Positions 10,937 to 25,361 are shown, counted from the first letter of the stretch. The stretch is 64,000 bases of DNA from Eledone cirrhosa (GCA_964016885.1 OZ024763.1:14012001-14076000), one strand, 5' to 3'. The notes: generated by a model from the sequence alone, not told the origin. Translations and numbers: made by a program.

Positions 10937-13900
10937 CCCTTTAGCATTCACATATACTATTATATTTTCATGGTAAAGGCTTTATATATATACTATTATA
11001 TTAAAGGCTTTATATATATACTATTATATTTTCATGGTAAAGGCTTTATATATATACTATTATATTAAAGGCTTTATCATCATCATCATCATCATCATCA
11101 TCAGGTTTAGCGTCCGTGTTCCACGCTTGCATGGGTTTGGACGGGGGTTTTCCCACTTGAGGCAAGAGTGGTTGTCTTGCTCGCATAGGACTGTCTGGCG
11201 GGTTTTCTACAGTTGGATGCCCTTCCTAACACCAACCACATTTACAGTGTGGGGCTGGGAGGTTTTTACCGTGTTGCCTACACGGCCACATTACAGCGTG
11301 GACTGTCTGGCGGGTTTTCTACAGCTGGATGCCCTTCCTAACACCAACCACATTTACAGTGTGGGGCCGGGAGGTTTTTACCGTGTTGCCTAGCCTACAC
11401 GGCCACATTTACAGCATGGACTGTGTGTTTTTGTCGTGACACCTACACGATCTCATTTGTTTCGGCCTGGATGTATACTATATATATACTATTATATTTT
11501 CATGGTAAAGGCTTTATATATATACTATTATATTAAAGGCTTTATATATATACTATTATATTTTCATGGTAAAGGCTCATATATATACTATTATATTAAA
11601 GGCTTTATATATATACTATTATATTTTCATGGTAAAGGCTTTATATATATACTATTATATTAAAGGCTTTATATATATATATACTATTGTATTTTCATGG
11701 TAAAGGCTTTGTATATATACTATTATATTAAAGGCTTTATATATATATACTATTATATTTTCATGGTAAAGGCTTTATATATATACTATTATATTAAAGG
11801 CTTTATATATATACTATTATATTTGGTAAAGGCTTTATATATATACTATTATATTAAAGGCTTTATATATATACTATTATATTAAAGGCTTGATATATAT
11901 ATACTATTATATTTTCATGGTAAAGGCTTTATATATATACTATTATATTAAAGGCTTTATATATATACTATTATATTAAAGGCTTTATATATATACTATT
12001 ATATTTCATGGTAAAGGCTTTATATATATATACTATTATATTTTCATGGTAAAGGCTTTATATATATACTATTATATTAAAGACTTTATATATATACTAT
12101 TATATTTTCATGGTAAAGGCTTTATATATATACTATTATATTAAAGGCTTTATATATATACTATTATATTAAAGGCTTGATATATATATACTATTATATT
12201 TTCATGGTAAAGGCTTTATATATATACTATTATATTAAAGGCTTTATATATATATACTATTGTATTTTCATGGTAAAGGCTTTATATATATACTATTATA
12301 TTAAAGGCTTTATATATATACTATTATATTAAAGGCTTTATATATATACTATTATATTAAAGGCTTTATATATATACTATTATATTAAAGGCTTTATATA
12401 TATACTATTATATTAAAGGCTTTATATATATACTATTATATTAAAGGCTTTATATATATACTATTATATTAAAGGCTTTATATATATACTATTATATTAA
12501 AGGCTTTATATATATACTATTATATTAAAGGCTTTATATATATACTATTATATTAAAGGCTTTATATATATACTATTATATTAAAGGCTTTATATATATA
12601 CTATTATATTAAAGGCTTTATATATATACTATTATATTTTCATGGTAAAGGCTTTATATATATACTATTATATTAAAGGCTTTATATATATACTATTATA
12701 TTTTCATGGTAAAGGCTTTATATATATACTATTATATTAAAGGCTTTATATATATACTATTATATTAAAGGCTTTATATATATACTATTATATTAAAGGC
12801 TTTATATATATACTATTATATTAAAGGCTTTATATATATACTATTATATTAAAGGCTTTATATATATACTATTATATTAAAGGCTTTATATATATACTAT
12901 TGTATTTTCATGGTAAAGGCTTTATATATATACTATTATATTAAAGGCTTTATATATATACTATTATATTAAAGGCTTTATATATATACTATTATATTAA
13001 AGGCTTGATATATATATACTATTATATTTTCATGGTAAAGGCTTTATATATATACTATTATATTAAAGGCTTTATATATATATACTATTGTATTTTCATG
13101 GTAAAGGCTTTATATATATACTATTATATTAAAGGCTTTATATATATACTATTATATTAAAGGCTTTATATATATACTATTATATTAAAGGCTTTATATA
13201 TATACTATTATATTAAAGGCTTTATATATATACTATTATATTAAAGGCTTTATATATATACTATTATATTAAAGGCTTTATATATATACTATTATATTAA
13301 AGGCTTTATATATATACTATTATATTAAAGGCTTTATATATATACTATTATATTAAAGGCTTTATATATATACTATTATATTAAAGGCTTTATATATATA
13401 CTATTATATTAAAGGCTTTATATATATACTATTATATTAAAGGCTTTATATATATACTATTATATTTTCATGGTAAAGGCTTTATATATATACTATTATA
13501 TTAAAGGCTTTATATATATACTATTATATTTTCATGGTAAAGGCTTTATATATATACTATTATATTAAAGGCTTTATATATATACTATTATATTAAAGGC
13601 TTTATATATATACTATTATATTAAAGGCTTTATATATATACTATTATATTAAAGGCTTTATATATATACTATTATATTAAAGGCTTTATATATATACTAT
13701 TATATTAAAGGCTTTATATATATACTATTATATTAAAGGCTTTATATATATACTATTGTATTTTCATGGTAAAGGCTTTATATATATACTATTATATTAA
13801 AGGCTTTATATATATACTATTGTATTTTCATGGTAAAGGCTTTATATATATACTATTATATTAAAGGCTTTATATATATACTATTATATTAAAGGCTTTA

Positions 13901-16865
13901 TATATATACTATTATATTAAAGGCTTTATATATATACTATTATATTAAAGGCTTTATATATATACTATTATATTAAAGGCTTTATATATATACTATTATA
14001 TTAAAGGCTTTATATATATACTATTATATTAAAGGCTTTATATATATACTATTATATTAAAGGCTTTATATATATACTATTATATTTTCATGGTAAAGGC
14101 TTTATATATATACTATTATATTAAAGGCTTTATATATATACTATTATATTTTCATGGTAAAGGCTTTATATATATACTATTATATTAAAGGCTTTATATA
14201 TATACTATTATATTTTCATGGTAAAGGCTTCATATATATACTATTATATTAAAGGCTTTATATATATACTATTATATTTTCATGGTAAAGGCTTTATATA
14301 TATACTATTATATTAAAGGCTTTATATATATATATACTATTGTATTTTCATGGTAAAGGCTTTGTATATATACTATTATATTAAAGGCTTTATATATATA
14401 CTATTATATTTTCATGGTAAAGGCTTTATATATATACTATTATATTAAAGACTTTATATATATACTATTATATTTTCATGGTAAAAGCTTTATATATATA
14501 CTATTATATTAAAGGCTTTATATATATACTATTATATTAAAGGCTTGATATATATATACTATTATATTTTCATGGTAAAGGCTTTATATATATACTATTA
14601 TATTAAAGGCTTTATATATATACTATTATATTAAAGGCTTTATATATATACTATTATATTTTCATGGTAAAGGCTTTATATATATATACTATTATATTTT
14701 CATGGTAAAGGCTTTATATATATACTATTATATTAAAGGCTTTATATATATACTATTATATTAAAGGCTTTATATATATACTATTATATTAAAGGCTTTA
14801 TATATATACTATTATATTAAAGGCTTTATATATATACTATTATATTAAAGGCTTTATATATATACTATTATATTAAAGGCTTTATATATATACTATTATA
14901 TTAAAGGCTTTATATATATACTATTATATTAAAGGCTTTATATATATACTATTATATTAAAGGCTTTATATATATACTATTATATTAAAGGCTTTATATA
15001 TATACTATTATATTAAAGGCTTTATATATATACTATTATATTAAAGGCTTTATATATATACTATTATATTAAAGGCTTTATATATATACTATTATATTTT
15101 CATGGTAAAGGCTTTATATATATACTATTATATTAAAGGCTTTATATATATACTATTATATTTTCATGGTAAAGGCTTTATATATATACTATTATATTAA
15201 AGGCTTTATATATATACTATTATATTAAAGGCTTTATATATATACTATTATATTAAAGGCTTTATATATATACTATTATATTAAAGGCTTTATATATATA
15301 CTATTATATTAAAGGCTTTATATATATACTATTATATTAAAGGCTTTATATATATACTATTATATTAAAGGCTTTATATATATACTATTGTATTTTCATG
15401 GTAAAGGCTTTATATATATACTATTATATTAAAGGCTTTATATATATACTATTGTATTTTCATGGTAAAGGCTTTATATATATACTATTATATTAAAGGC
15501 TTTATATATATACTATTATATTAAAGGCTTTATATATATACTATTATATTAAAGGCTTTATATATATACTATTATATTAAAGGCTTTATATATATACTAT
15601 TATATTAAAGGCTTTATATATATACTATTATATTAAAGGCTTTATATATATACTATTATATTAAAGGCTTTATATATATACTATTATATTAAAGGCTTTA
15701 TATATATACTATTATATTAAAGGCTTTATATATATACTATTATATTTTCATGGTAAAGGCTTTATATATATACTATTATATTAAAGGCTTTATATATATA
15801 CTATTATATTTTCATGGTAAAGGCTTTATATATATACTATTATATTAAAGGCTTTATATATATACTATTATATTTTCATGGTAAAGGCTTCATATATATA
15901 CTATTATATTAAAGGCTTTATATATATACTATTATATTTTCATGGTAAAGGCTTTATATATATACTATTATATTAAAGGCTTTATATATATATATACTAT
16001 TGTATTTTCATGGTAAAGGCTTTGTATATATACTATTATATTAAAGGCTTTATATATATACTATTATATTTTCATGGTAAAGGCTTTATATATATACTAT
16101 TATATTAAAGACTTTATATATATACTATTATATTTTCATGGTAAAGGCTTTATATATATACTATTATATTAAAGGCTTTATATATATACTATTATATTAA
16201 AGGCTTGATATATATATACTATTATATTTTCATGGTAAAGGCTTTATATATATACTATTATATTAAAGGCTTTATATATATACTATTATATTAAAGGCTT
16301 TATATATATACTATTATATTTTCATGGTAAAGGCTTTATATATATATACTATTATATTTTCATGGTAAAGGCTTTATATATATACTATTATATTAAAGAC
16401 TTTATATATATACTATTATATTTTCATGGTAAAGGCTTTATATATATACTATTATATTAAAGGCTTTATATATATACTATTATATTAAAGGCTTGATATA
16501 TATATACTATTATATTTTCATGGTAAAGGCTTTATATATATATACTATTATATTTTCATGGTAAAGGCTTTATATATATACTATTATATTAAAGACTTTA
16601 TATATATACTATTATATTTTCATGGTAAAGGCTTTATATATATACTATTATATTAAAGGCTTTATATATATATACTATTGTATTTTCATGGTAAAGGCTT
16701 TACCTCGCATAATTATCTCACATAATATTGAATCTGTGAGATTTTGCTATTATTTGTTTTGAGAACAAAATCTTAACATCAGTATGAGTGGCTGAATACA
16801 GCTGGTTTCAACAGAAAGAGGGGAGAGAATTCTGGCCGGATACGGCCGGTTTAACTGCTAAAGGG
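10937..16865. mobile_element. piggyBac-type MITE expanded to 5.9 kb by an internal 28/36-bp satellite; SINE fragment inserted at ~11077-11473
   Basis: TTAA-CCCTTTAGCA ... TGCTAAAGGG-TTAA termini; units ttaaaggctttatatatatactattata and ttttcatggtaaaggctttatatatatactattata. Confidence 0.85.
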
Positions 16866-17134
16866 TTAAACAAATCTTTTAAAATTAAAGTCCAATATTC
16901 AATTATTTCTTTGCGGCCTGGTAGCAAATGACCCAGGGATTGGTCCGCGGCCCAGTGGTTTGGGGGCCTCTGCTTTACAACATTCTTATCTGACTTATGT
17001 GTGTGTTTCTACAAATGAAATAAAGTGTAACGGTTAACTTAGTTATATTTAGTATATACTAGTTATAGAAGTAGATATATACACTAGTTATATCTAGTGT
17101 ATACTAGTTATAGAAGTAGATATATATACTAGTT

Positions 17135-17480
17135 ATCATCATCATCATTTAACATCTATCTTCCACGCTAGCATGGGTTAGATGGGAATTGTCCCACTTG
17201 AGGCAAGATCGATTGGGTGACCATGTCTTGCTCGTATAGGACTGTATCTGGCAGGTTTTCTATGGCTGAATGCCCTTCCTAACACCAACCACATTTACAT
17301 TGTGGACTAGGAACCTTTTTACCGTGTCTCCTACACGGCCACTTCATAGCATGGACCGGGTGCTTTTTGTCGTGACATCGACACAACCTCATTAGTTTGG
17401 ACTGGATGTTGTGGTACCAACATGACTTTACAGAGAAAGGGTGATGTTGGTGGGGGTGGGAGAATGGAGCAGGGGTAGTG
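17135..17480 (-). mobile_element. SINE 3' portion with (GAT)n tail; related copies at ~7960-8168 and 54935-55263
   Basis: Shared ggttggtgttaggaagggcatccagc...cccatgctagcgtggaagatagacgttaa-(GAT)n. Confidence 0.75.
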
Positions 17481-18014
17481 GGTTGGGGTGTATATTTGAT
17501 TAAGTAGATATATACACTAGTTATATATAGTATATACTGTGCAATGTCAATGTGCATGAATGACCAATCATAGAGGAGTTGAGAGAGAAACTGGGTATAA
17601 GAGGGATAAGTTGTAGTGTGTAGGAGAGGAGACTGCGGTGGTATGGACATGTGATGCGCATGGAGGATGTCCGCTGGGTAAAGAAGTGCCAAGAAATCCC
17701 AGTAGAAGGAAGACGCAGTAGAGGAAGACCACGAATAGCATACTATATACATATAGCAATCGATCAACAAGATCCCAGACCTCATTCACTTAACAAGTGT
17801 GGTGGAGCTTGTCAAATTGGACCGAGGAAACAATGTTTCCATTAGTCTTTCCAATTGCTAATACTCTCTACCAGCCGCAAATCCGGGCAGAAGGAGTAAC
17901 GTGAAATAAAATGTCTTGCTCAAGGGCTTAATGCATCACCTAGTCAGGGAATCAAACTCGCAACCTCACGATTGTGAATCCAATTCTCTAACCACTCAGC
18001 CACATGCCTTCACT

Positions 18015-18182
18015 ATAGGGTTGGACGCCATGCTTTCTAGCATAGTTACGTCCCTTTACAGTCTGAGTTCAAATCCCGCCGAGGTTAACTTTGCCTTTCA
18101 TCCTTACAGGGTCGATAAAATAAAGTACCAGTAATGTACTGGGTAATTGCTGGCCTTGTGCCTAAAGTAGAAACAATTATTT
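18015..18182 (+). mobile_element. Meta-domain-like SINE; other copies at ~21925-22030, 26340-26423 plus 27596-27710, 52620-52742, 61555-61735, 61820-62242, 63070-63250
   Basis: gagttcaaatcc B box followed by gccgaggttaactttgcctttcatccttacggggtcgataaaataaagtaccag. Confidence 0.75.
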
Positions 18183-18283
18183 TTATATTGACTTTTCCAT
18201 TCTGGCATAGCCTGGACAGGACTTTTTGACTCTGTGTTTTATAGCTGGATGCCTTTTTTAATGCCAACCATTTTACAGACTGT

Positions 18284-18314
<31 letters not shown>

Positions 18315-18585
18315 CCTTACGTCTGCTTTTCCCTGCTTGCAAGGGTGTGACAGGTCCTGTTCAGCACAGCATCTCTCCATTCGTCATGGTCCTTTGTACT
18401 GGGTGCATTTTATTTGTGGCACCAGCACGAGGAAACTTGTCTTGTCCTTGATGTGACTCCGAAATTACAATTAGCTCCATTTGATAATTAGATACCTGTA
18501 TATTAAAGGGATTAAATTAAATGAAATATAATTAACTTTTTAATTACTAATTAAAGACATCATTTCTTAAATATTTATTTCTCAG

Positions 18586-18651
18586 GATGTTGATTTAAGT
18601 CACTGCAGAATCAATAAAATTGAACAGATGGAGAAACTTACCAGTGTTACG
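18586..18651 (+). CDS. PPP1R7: PPP1R7/Sds22 exon (DVDLSHCRINKIEQMEKLTSVT); first exon visible, upstream exons missing
   Basis: ttctcag/gtaaac, 66 nt; resembles human DVDLNHYRIGKIEGFEVLKKVK. Confidence 0.9.
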
Positions 18652-18660
18652 GTAAACATT

Positions 18661-18825
18661 TACCATTTCATTACCATATTTTAATTAACATATACTAAAT
18701 TAACCATTTCATTACCATATTTTAATTAACATATACTAAATTAACCATTTCATTACCATATTTTAATAGAAATATACTGTACTAACCATTTCATTACCAT
18801 ATTTTAATTGAAATATACTGTACTT
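18661..18825. repeat. ~41-bp tandem repeat starting about 10 nt after a PPP1R7 donor
   Basis: accatttcattaccatattttaattaacatatactaaatta x4; further interrupted copies to ~19625. Confidence 0.8.
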
Positions 18826-19085
18826 GAATATATATAAAAATGAAAAAACTAATCGCTAGAACAGCTGTTAACACAGCTAAATGCTGTCAAAGATATCGAT
18901 GGGCAAAATTGCCTCAGAAAACAAGGACCAGAGACAATCCATAAGGTGTGTGCTGGGTGCATTTATCATGTCTTTGACAGCATTTAGCTGTTTTAATGGC
19001 TGTTCTAGCACTGAGTTTTCTCATTTTTATATGTATTCAAATACACTCTCGCTTCCTCTCAATCAGAGACAACATTGTTTTATAC
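18826..19085. repeat. Inverted-repeat element; related copy at ~59865-60083
   Basis: gctagaacagctgttaacacagctaaatgctgtcaaaga ... tctttgacagcatttagctgttttaatggctgttctagc. Confidence 0.7.
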
Positions 19086-19192
19086 TATACATCAAATATA
19101 CTGTACTTGAATTAATAAACCATTTCCTAATGAAATACACTGTATTTTACTAATTAGCCCTTTCATTACCATATTCCTAATGAAATACACTG

Positions 19193-19556
19193 TCATTTCA
19201 TCATCATTTCGTTTTAAGTCCGCTTTTTCCCTGCTTGCAAGGGTGGGACGGGAACTGATTCTGGCTTGATTTCTACAGCTGGATGCCCTTCCTAACACCA
19301 ACCTCATTTACAGTGAGTGCTGGGTGCTTTTTTGCCGTGGCACCTCCACGACCACTTTGCAGTGGAATGATAGGGACCCCAGTCCCTATCATTTCATTTC
19401 TACAGCTGAGTAAACTGGAGCAATGTGAAATAAAGTGTCTTGCTCAAGGAAACAACACATCACCTGGTCTGAGAATTGAACTCACAACCTTTCGATTGCC
19501 AGGCCAATGCTCTAACCACTAAGCCATGGGCCTCCATACTAAGCCATGTGCCTCCA
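19193..19556 (-). mobile_element. tRNA-derived SINE family A, full length, RTE-type tail
   Basis: A box tggcttagtgg, B box gagttcaattc, ccttgagcaagacactt core, (GAT)n tail. Confidence 0.88.
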
Positions 19557-20356
19557 TAAAACTGTATTTTACTAATTAGCCCTTTCATTACCATATTCCT
19601 TATGAAATATACAATATTTAAATTAATAAAACTCTGTATGTCTGCATGCTTGTATCTCTGTATGTGTATGTGAATGCATGCCTGCATGCTTGTATCTCTG
19701 TATGTGAATGCATGCCTGTAAACATGTGTATGTTTGTCTGAGTCTGTGTGTATGTGTCTATGTATACATGCGTGTGTATGTCTGTGTATGTGTGTCTATA
19801 TATACATGTGTGTGTGTGTGTCTGAATGTATCTCTGTATGTGTGTGTGTGTGAATGTATGACTCTGTGTGTGTATCTGTCTGTCTGAATGTATGTCTGTG
19901 TGCGTGTGTCTATGTACACATGTGTATGTGTGTGACTATGTATATGACTGTGTGTGTGTGTGTGTGTCTGAATCTATGTCTGTGTGCGTGTGTCTATGTA
20001 TACATGTGAATGCGTGTGACTGTATGTATATGTCTGTGTGTGTGTGTCTATCTGAATGTATGTCTGTATGTGTGTGTCTATGTATACATGTGAATGTGTG
20101 TGACTGTATGTATATGTCTGTGTGTATGTGTGTGTGTCTATCTGAATGTATGTCTGTATGCGTGTGTCTATGTACACATGTGTATGCGTGTGACTGTATG
20201 TCTATGACTGTGTGTGTGTGTCTGTCTGAATGTATGTCTGTGTGCGTGTGTCTATGTACACGTGTATGTGTGTGACTATGTATATGTCTGTGTGTGTGTG
20301 TATATGTGACTTTCACTATAACATACAACCTGAACTCATGTTTCCCTGTATTGTAG

Positions 20357-20487
20357 AATCTGTGTCTGCGACAGAATTTGATCAAATCCATTGAAGGGTT
20401 GTCAACATTGACCCAGTTAAATGTATTGGATCTCTATGACAACCAGATCACCTCAATAGAGAACTTAACAGAGCTGATCGATCTAAC
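20357..20487 (+). CDS. PPP1R7: PPP1R7 LRR exon (NLCLRQNLIKSIEGLSTLTQLNVLDLYDNQITSIENLTELIDL)
   Basis: tgtag/gtaagt, 131 nt, phase 0/2; SDS22-type LRRs LCLRQNLIK and LDLYDNQI. Confidence 0.95.
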
Positions 20488-20527
20488 GTAAGTCATTTGT
20501 TAATAGCCCCACCACCCCACCCCCATT

Positions 20528-21060
20528 GAGTGACAGCTTCTGATGTTGTGTCGTAGTGAGGGTTGATCTCAGTCTGTGAGTGACAGCTTCTGATGTTGTG
20601 TGGTAGTGAGGGTTGATCTCAGTCTGTGAGTGACAGCTTCTGATGTTGTGTGGTAGTGAGGGTTGATCTCAGTCTGTGAGTGACAGCTTCTGATGTTGTG
20701 TGGTAGTGAGGGTTGATCTCAGTCTGTGAGTGACAGCTTCTGATGTTGTGTGGTAGTGAGGGTTGATCTCAGTCTGTGAGTGACAGCTTCTGATGTTGTG
20801 TGGTAGTGAGGGTTGATCTCAGTCTGTGAGTGACAGCTTCTGATGTTGTGTGGTAGTGAGGGTTGATTGCAGTCTGTGAGTGACAGCTTCTGATGTTGTG
20901 TGGTAGTGAGGGTTGGTCTCAGTCTGTGAGTGACAGCTTCTGATGTTGTGTGGTAGTGAGGGTTGATTGCAGTCTGTGAGTGACAGCTTCTGATGTTGTT
21001 TGGTAGTGAGGGTTGATTGCAGTCTGTGAGTGACAGCTTCTAATGTTGTGTCGTAGTGAG
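20528..21060. repeat. 50-bp minisatellite, ~10.5 copies
   Basis: gagtgacagcttctgatgttgtgtggtagtgagggttgatctcagtctgt; starts 40 nt after a PPP1R7 donor. Confidence 0.95.
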
Positions 21061-21072
21061 GATATTGTAGAG

Positions 21073-21495
21073 CAGGCATGTCAAACATGGGGCCCGCATG
21101 CCCCAATTTTGTATGTAGAAAATACACAGGAGTAATCAAGAGAAAGAGTACCAATGATATAAACCTTTTCTAGTCACAGGAAGGATCCATAGAAGTGGTT
21201 GATAGCTTTATAACAAAAAGAGAGTTAAATGCCTATTAATCCCTTCTTGTAATTACAGGTTAAAACATTTATAGATCTTAGGCATGTCAAAAATGTGGAC
21301 CGCAGGCTGCATACGACCCTTTAGAAGCACACCAGTGGCTCACACAAAGGTTTTTACAGCGCGAGTTATGTTTTATTTTTGTAATATAAAATAAAAAAAA
21401 TTAGTTGTAATATGTGCAATTAGTTGTGTGTGGCCCTCAGACAATACTTATGTGACCCATGTGGTCCTTGGGAGGCCCTCAGTTTGACATACCTG
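21073..21495. mobile_element. hAT-like MITE
   Basis: TIRs CAGGCATGTCAAAC and GTTTGACATACCTG; no clear target-site duplication. Confidence 0.55.
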
Positions 21496-22104
21496 TAGTA
21501 ATGAGGGTAGTGGTCCTGTAGTGACTGGAGACCCTGTACTGTAATGAGGGTAGAGGACCTGTAGTGAGGGTTCATCTCAGTCTGGTGTCATATTGTAGAG
21601 CACGTGTAGTGACTAGAGACCCTGTATTGTAATGAGGGCTTACCTCAGTCTGGTGTTGTGTGGTAGTGAGGGTTGGGGACCTGTAGTGACTAGAGACCCT
21701 CTATTTTAATGAGGGCTTGTGATAGCTTCTGGTGTTGTGTGATAGTGATGGCTTACCTCAGTCTGATGTTGTGTGGTAGTGAGGGTAGAGGACGTGTAGT
21801 GACTAGTGACCCTCTATTTTAATGAAGAACAAAGAACTGGCTAATTTCATTTTTGGTTAACCCTTTCATGACTATTTCCAATGAAATACACTTCATATCA
21901 AATTATCATTATTTGTTAATCCCACCCAGGTTAACTTTGCCTTTCATCCTTACGGGGTCGATAAAATAAAGTACCAGTAATACACTGGGTTTGTTGCTGG
22001 CCTTGTGCCAAAAGTAGAAACAATTATTTGTTATCTGTTATAAGTAAGGAAGTATAACAATGAAATTTATTCAACTAAAGAGAAAATGTAATAATCCATC
22101 CATC

Positions 22105-23435
22105 CATATCCAGTTTTAGTCTTTAGGGTGCTGCGGTTGTCCTGTACTCCGCGGTAGGCAACACCAGGCAATGTCTGACAGCCGCTCTCCATGAATTTCT
22201 GTCCATAGTATCGACATCGGCCAAGCTCCATTTATACAAATCACTCTTCACGCACTCCAACCACGTCTTCCTTGGTCTGCCGCGATGTCTTGTGCCAGGG
22301 ATTACCAAGTGAGTGGTGGAGTTGATGTATGACGTGGCTCGCTGTACATGTCCGTACCAACAGAGACATTGTGTGTGAAGGACAGCAGTTATCTCATCCA
22401 CACCCAGCTTCTGGTAGAGCATGCTTCTTCCTTGGTCTGCCGCGATGTCTTGTGCCAGTGATTGCCAAGTGAGTGGTGGAGTTAATGTATGACGTGGCTC
22501 GCTGTACATGTCCTTACCAACAGAGACGTTGTGTGTGAAGGACAGCAGTTATCTCATCCCTACCCAGCTTCTGGTGGAGCATGCTTCTTCCTTGGTCTGC
22601 CGTGATCTCTAGTGTCAGGGACTGCCAAGTGAGTGATGGAGTTGATGTATGACGTGGCTCGCTGTACATGTCCTTACCAACAGAGACGTTGTGTGTGAAG
22701 GACAGCAGTTATCTCATCCCTACCCAGCTTCTGGTGGAGCATGCTTCTTCCTTGGTCTGCCGCGATCTCTAGTGTCAGGGACTGCCAAGTGAGTGATGGA
22801 GTTGATGTATGACGTGGCTCGCTGTACATGTCCTTACCAACAGAGACGTTGTGTGTGAAGGACAGCAGTGATCTCATCCCCACCCAGCTTCTGGTGGAGC
22901 ATGCTTCTTCCTTGGTCTGCCGCGATCTCTAGTGTCAGGGACTGCCAAGTGAGTGATGGAGTTGATGTATGACGTGGCTCGCTGTACATGTCCTTACCAA
23001 CAGAGACGTTGTGTGTGAAGGACAGCAGTGATCTCATCCCCACCCAGCTTCTGGTGGAGCATGCTTCTTCCTTGGTCTGCCGCGATCTCTAGTGTCAGGG
23101 ACTGCCAAGTGAGTGATGGAGTTGATGTATGACGTGGCTCGCTGTACATGTCCTTACCAACAGAGACGTTGTGTGTGAAGGACAGCAGTGATCTCATCCC
23201 CACCCAGCTTCTGGTGGAGCATGCTTCTTCCTTGGTCTGCCGCGATCTCTAGTGTCAGGGACTGCCAAGTGAGTGATGGAGTTGATGTATGACGTGGCTC
23301 GCTGTACATGTCCTTACCAACAGAGACGTTGTGTGTGAAGGACAGCAGTGATCTCATCCCCACCCAGCTTCTGGTGGAGCATGCTTCTTCCTTGGTCTGC
23401 CGCGATCTCTAGTGCCAGGGATTGCCAAGTGAGTG
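22105..23435 (-). mobile_element. RTE LINE 3' end with 160-bp tandem amplification (~6.5 copies)
   Basis: WYGHVQRA...RGRPRKTWLECVKSDL...DRNSWR; ORF track repeats every 160 nt. Confidence 0.85.
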
Positions 23436-23559
23436 ATAAAAACTGTAGAAAATGAATGACAATAAGGAAACAAAAAAGGAAAAGAAGAAAACAAAAAAAT
23501 TTAAAATAAATCAAACAATGAAAGAAAGAGAGGAGCAACGACTGATTTTTCAATTAATT

Positions 23560-24240
23560 AAGAATTTTGCCGAGTACTGCATGGCTGGAATGAAAATCAG
23601 TGCTGCAAAAACTGAGTCACTCGTCCTCTCAAGGAAGCTTGGAAAGTGCACTCTACATGTGAATGGAGTTCCACTGAAGCAGGTAGAGAAGTTCAAGTAC
23701 CTCGGGGCTGTGTTCACGAGTGATGGAAGGCAGTAGACTGAATTAAGCGCAAGAATTGTAGGAGCTGGTGCAGTAATGTCCCAGCTTCAGCATTCAGTAA
23801 TCAGAAGGGAGGTAGGCATAAAAGCCAAACTCGCTGTCTTCAATTTGGTTTTCATGCCAATGGCATGACTTTACCTATGATCATGAATTTTGGGTAATGA
23901 CCGAAAGAATACGATCACAAATATAAGTGGCCAAAATGGGGTTCCTCCAAAGGGTCTTTGGAGTAATGTTACTCGATAGAGTGCGTAGGCTGAAGATCAG
24001 AGAGTCACTCCAGGTAGAGCTGCTACTTCAAATTGAGAGATCACAGCTCTGATGCTATGGCCATGTAGTTAGAATGTCTCAGGAAAGAATCACTGGACAG
24101 ATTTGTAGCTCGGAGATCAGAGAGTCACTCCAGCTAGAGCTGCTACTTCTTCAAATTGAGAGATCACAGTTGTGATACTATGGACATGTGGTTAGAATGT
24201 CTCAGGAAAGAATCGCTGGACAGATTTTATGGGCGACACC
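23560..24240 (+). mobile_element. Decayed RTE-clade (Expander/Rex3-like) RT C-terminal fragment
   Basis: GMKISAAKTESLVLSRK...LKQVEKFKYLGAVFTSDGRQ, then stops and frameshifts. Confidence 0.85.
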
Positions 24241-24532
24241 AACAGATCATTTGGAGTTGGTTACTTCTGACAGGACCTCCTGGAAGGCGTGCTAGAGGAC
24301 TCTGTCCCCATAACCCTCTCAGAAATATGTGTGCAAAAAAGAAGATAAACAACTTAGATGTCTTTCATCATCATCATCACTGTTTAACATCTACTTTTCC
24401 ACGCTGGCATGGGTTAGACAAGTTATCCTGTTGTGAGCAGTACCAGGTCAGGTGACCATGTTTTGCTCATACAGAACTGATTTTGGCTTTGTTTCTACAA
24501 CTGGATACCTTTCCTAGCGCCATCCTCATTTT

Positions 24533-25100
24533 ATAGTGTGGACTGGATGTTGTTTGTCGTGACACCTACACAACCACTTTACAGTGTGGACAGGGTGCTT
24601 TTTGTCGTGTCACCTACACGACCACTTTATAGTGTGGACTGGGTGCTTTTTGTCGTGTCTCCTACACGACCACTTTACAGTGTGGACTGGGTGCTTTTTG
24701 TTGTGTCACCTACACAACCACTTTACAGTGTGGACTGGGTGCTTTTTGTCGTGTCACCTACACAACCACTTTACAGTGTGGACTGGGTGCTTTTTGTCGT
24801 GTCACCTACATGACCACTTTACAGTGTGGACTGGGTGCTTTTTGTCGTGTCACCTACACAACCACTTTGCAGTGTGGACTGGGTGCTTTTTATCATGACT
24901 GCTACACAACCACTTTACAGTGTGGACTGGGTGCTTTTTGTCGTGTCACCTACACAACCACTTTACAGTGTGGACTCGGTGTTTTTTATCATGACACCTA
25001 CACAACCACTTTACAGTGTGGTCTGGGTGCTTTTTATCATGACACCTACACAACCACTTCACAGTGTGGACTGGGTGCTTTTTGTCGTGTCACCTATACA
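24533..25100. repeat. 48-bp SINE-derived minisatellite, ~11 copies
   Basis: acagtgtggactgggtgctttttgtcgtgtcacctacacaaccacttt. Confidence 0.9.
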
Positions 25101-25361
25101 TGGGAATTTGGGTCTTCTGTATTACTGCATAACACCAGAGATCTCAGTCCTGTGTCATCACCTTTGAGAAGTGCAATTTGGCAAGGTCAGCTTTTATCAC
25201 CTCATACCAATGGAAGACACTACGTATAACTTTCAAATAATTTTTTTAAATAATCAAAAATTTCCAACATAGAGGTTTTTACATGAAATTATGATGGAAC
25301 CAGGGGTAGTTTCAGGTTGTTTTGGTGCCAAAAGTATTAAACTGTTCCTCGTTTATTCCAG

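Noticed and set aside
10824-18585. PPP1R7 first exon or promoter
   Set aside because: No ATG-containing exon with a compatible donor found; the region is almost all repeats
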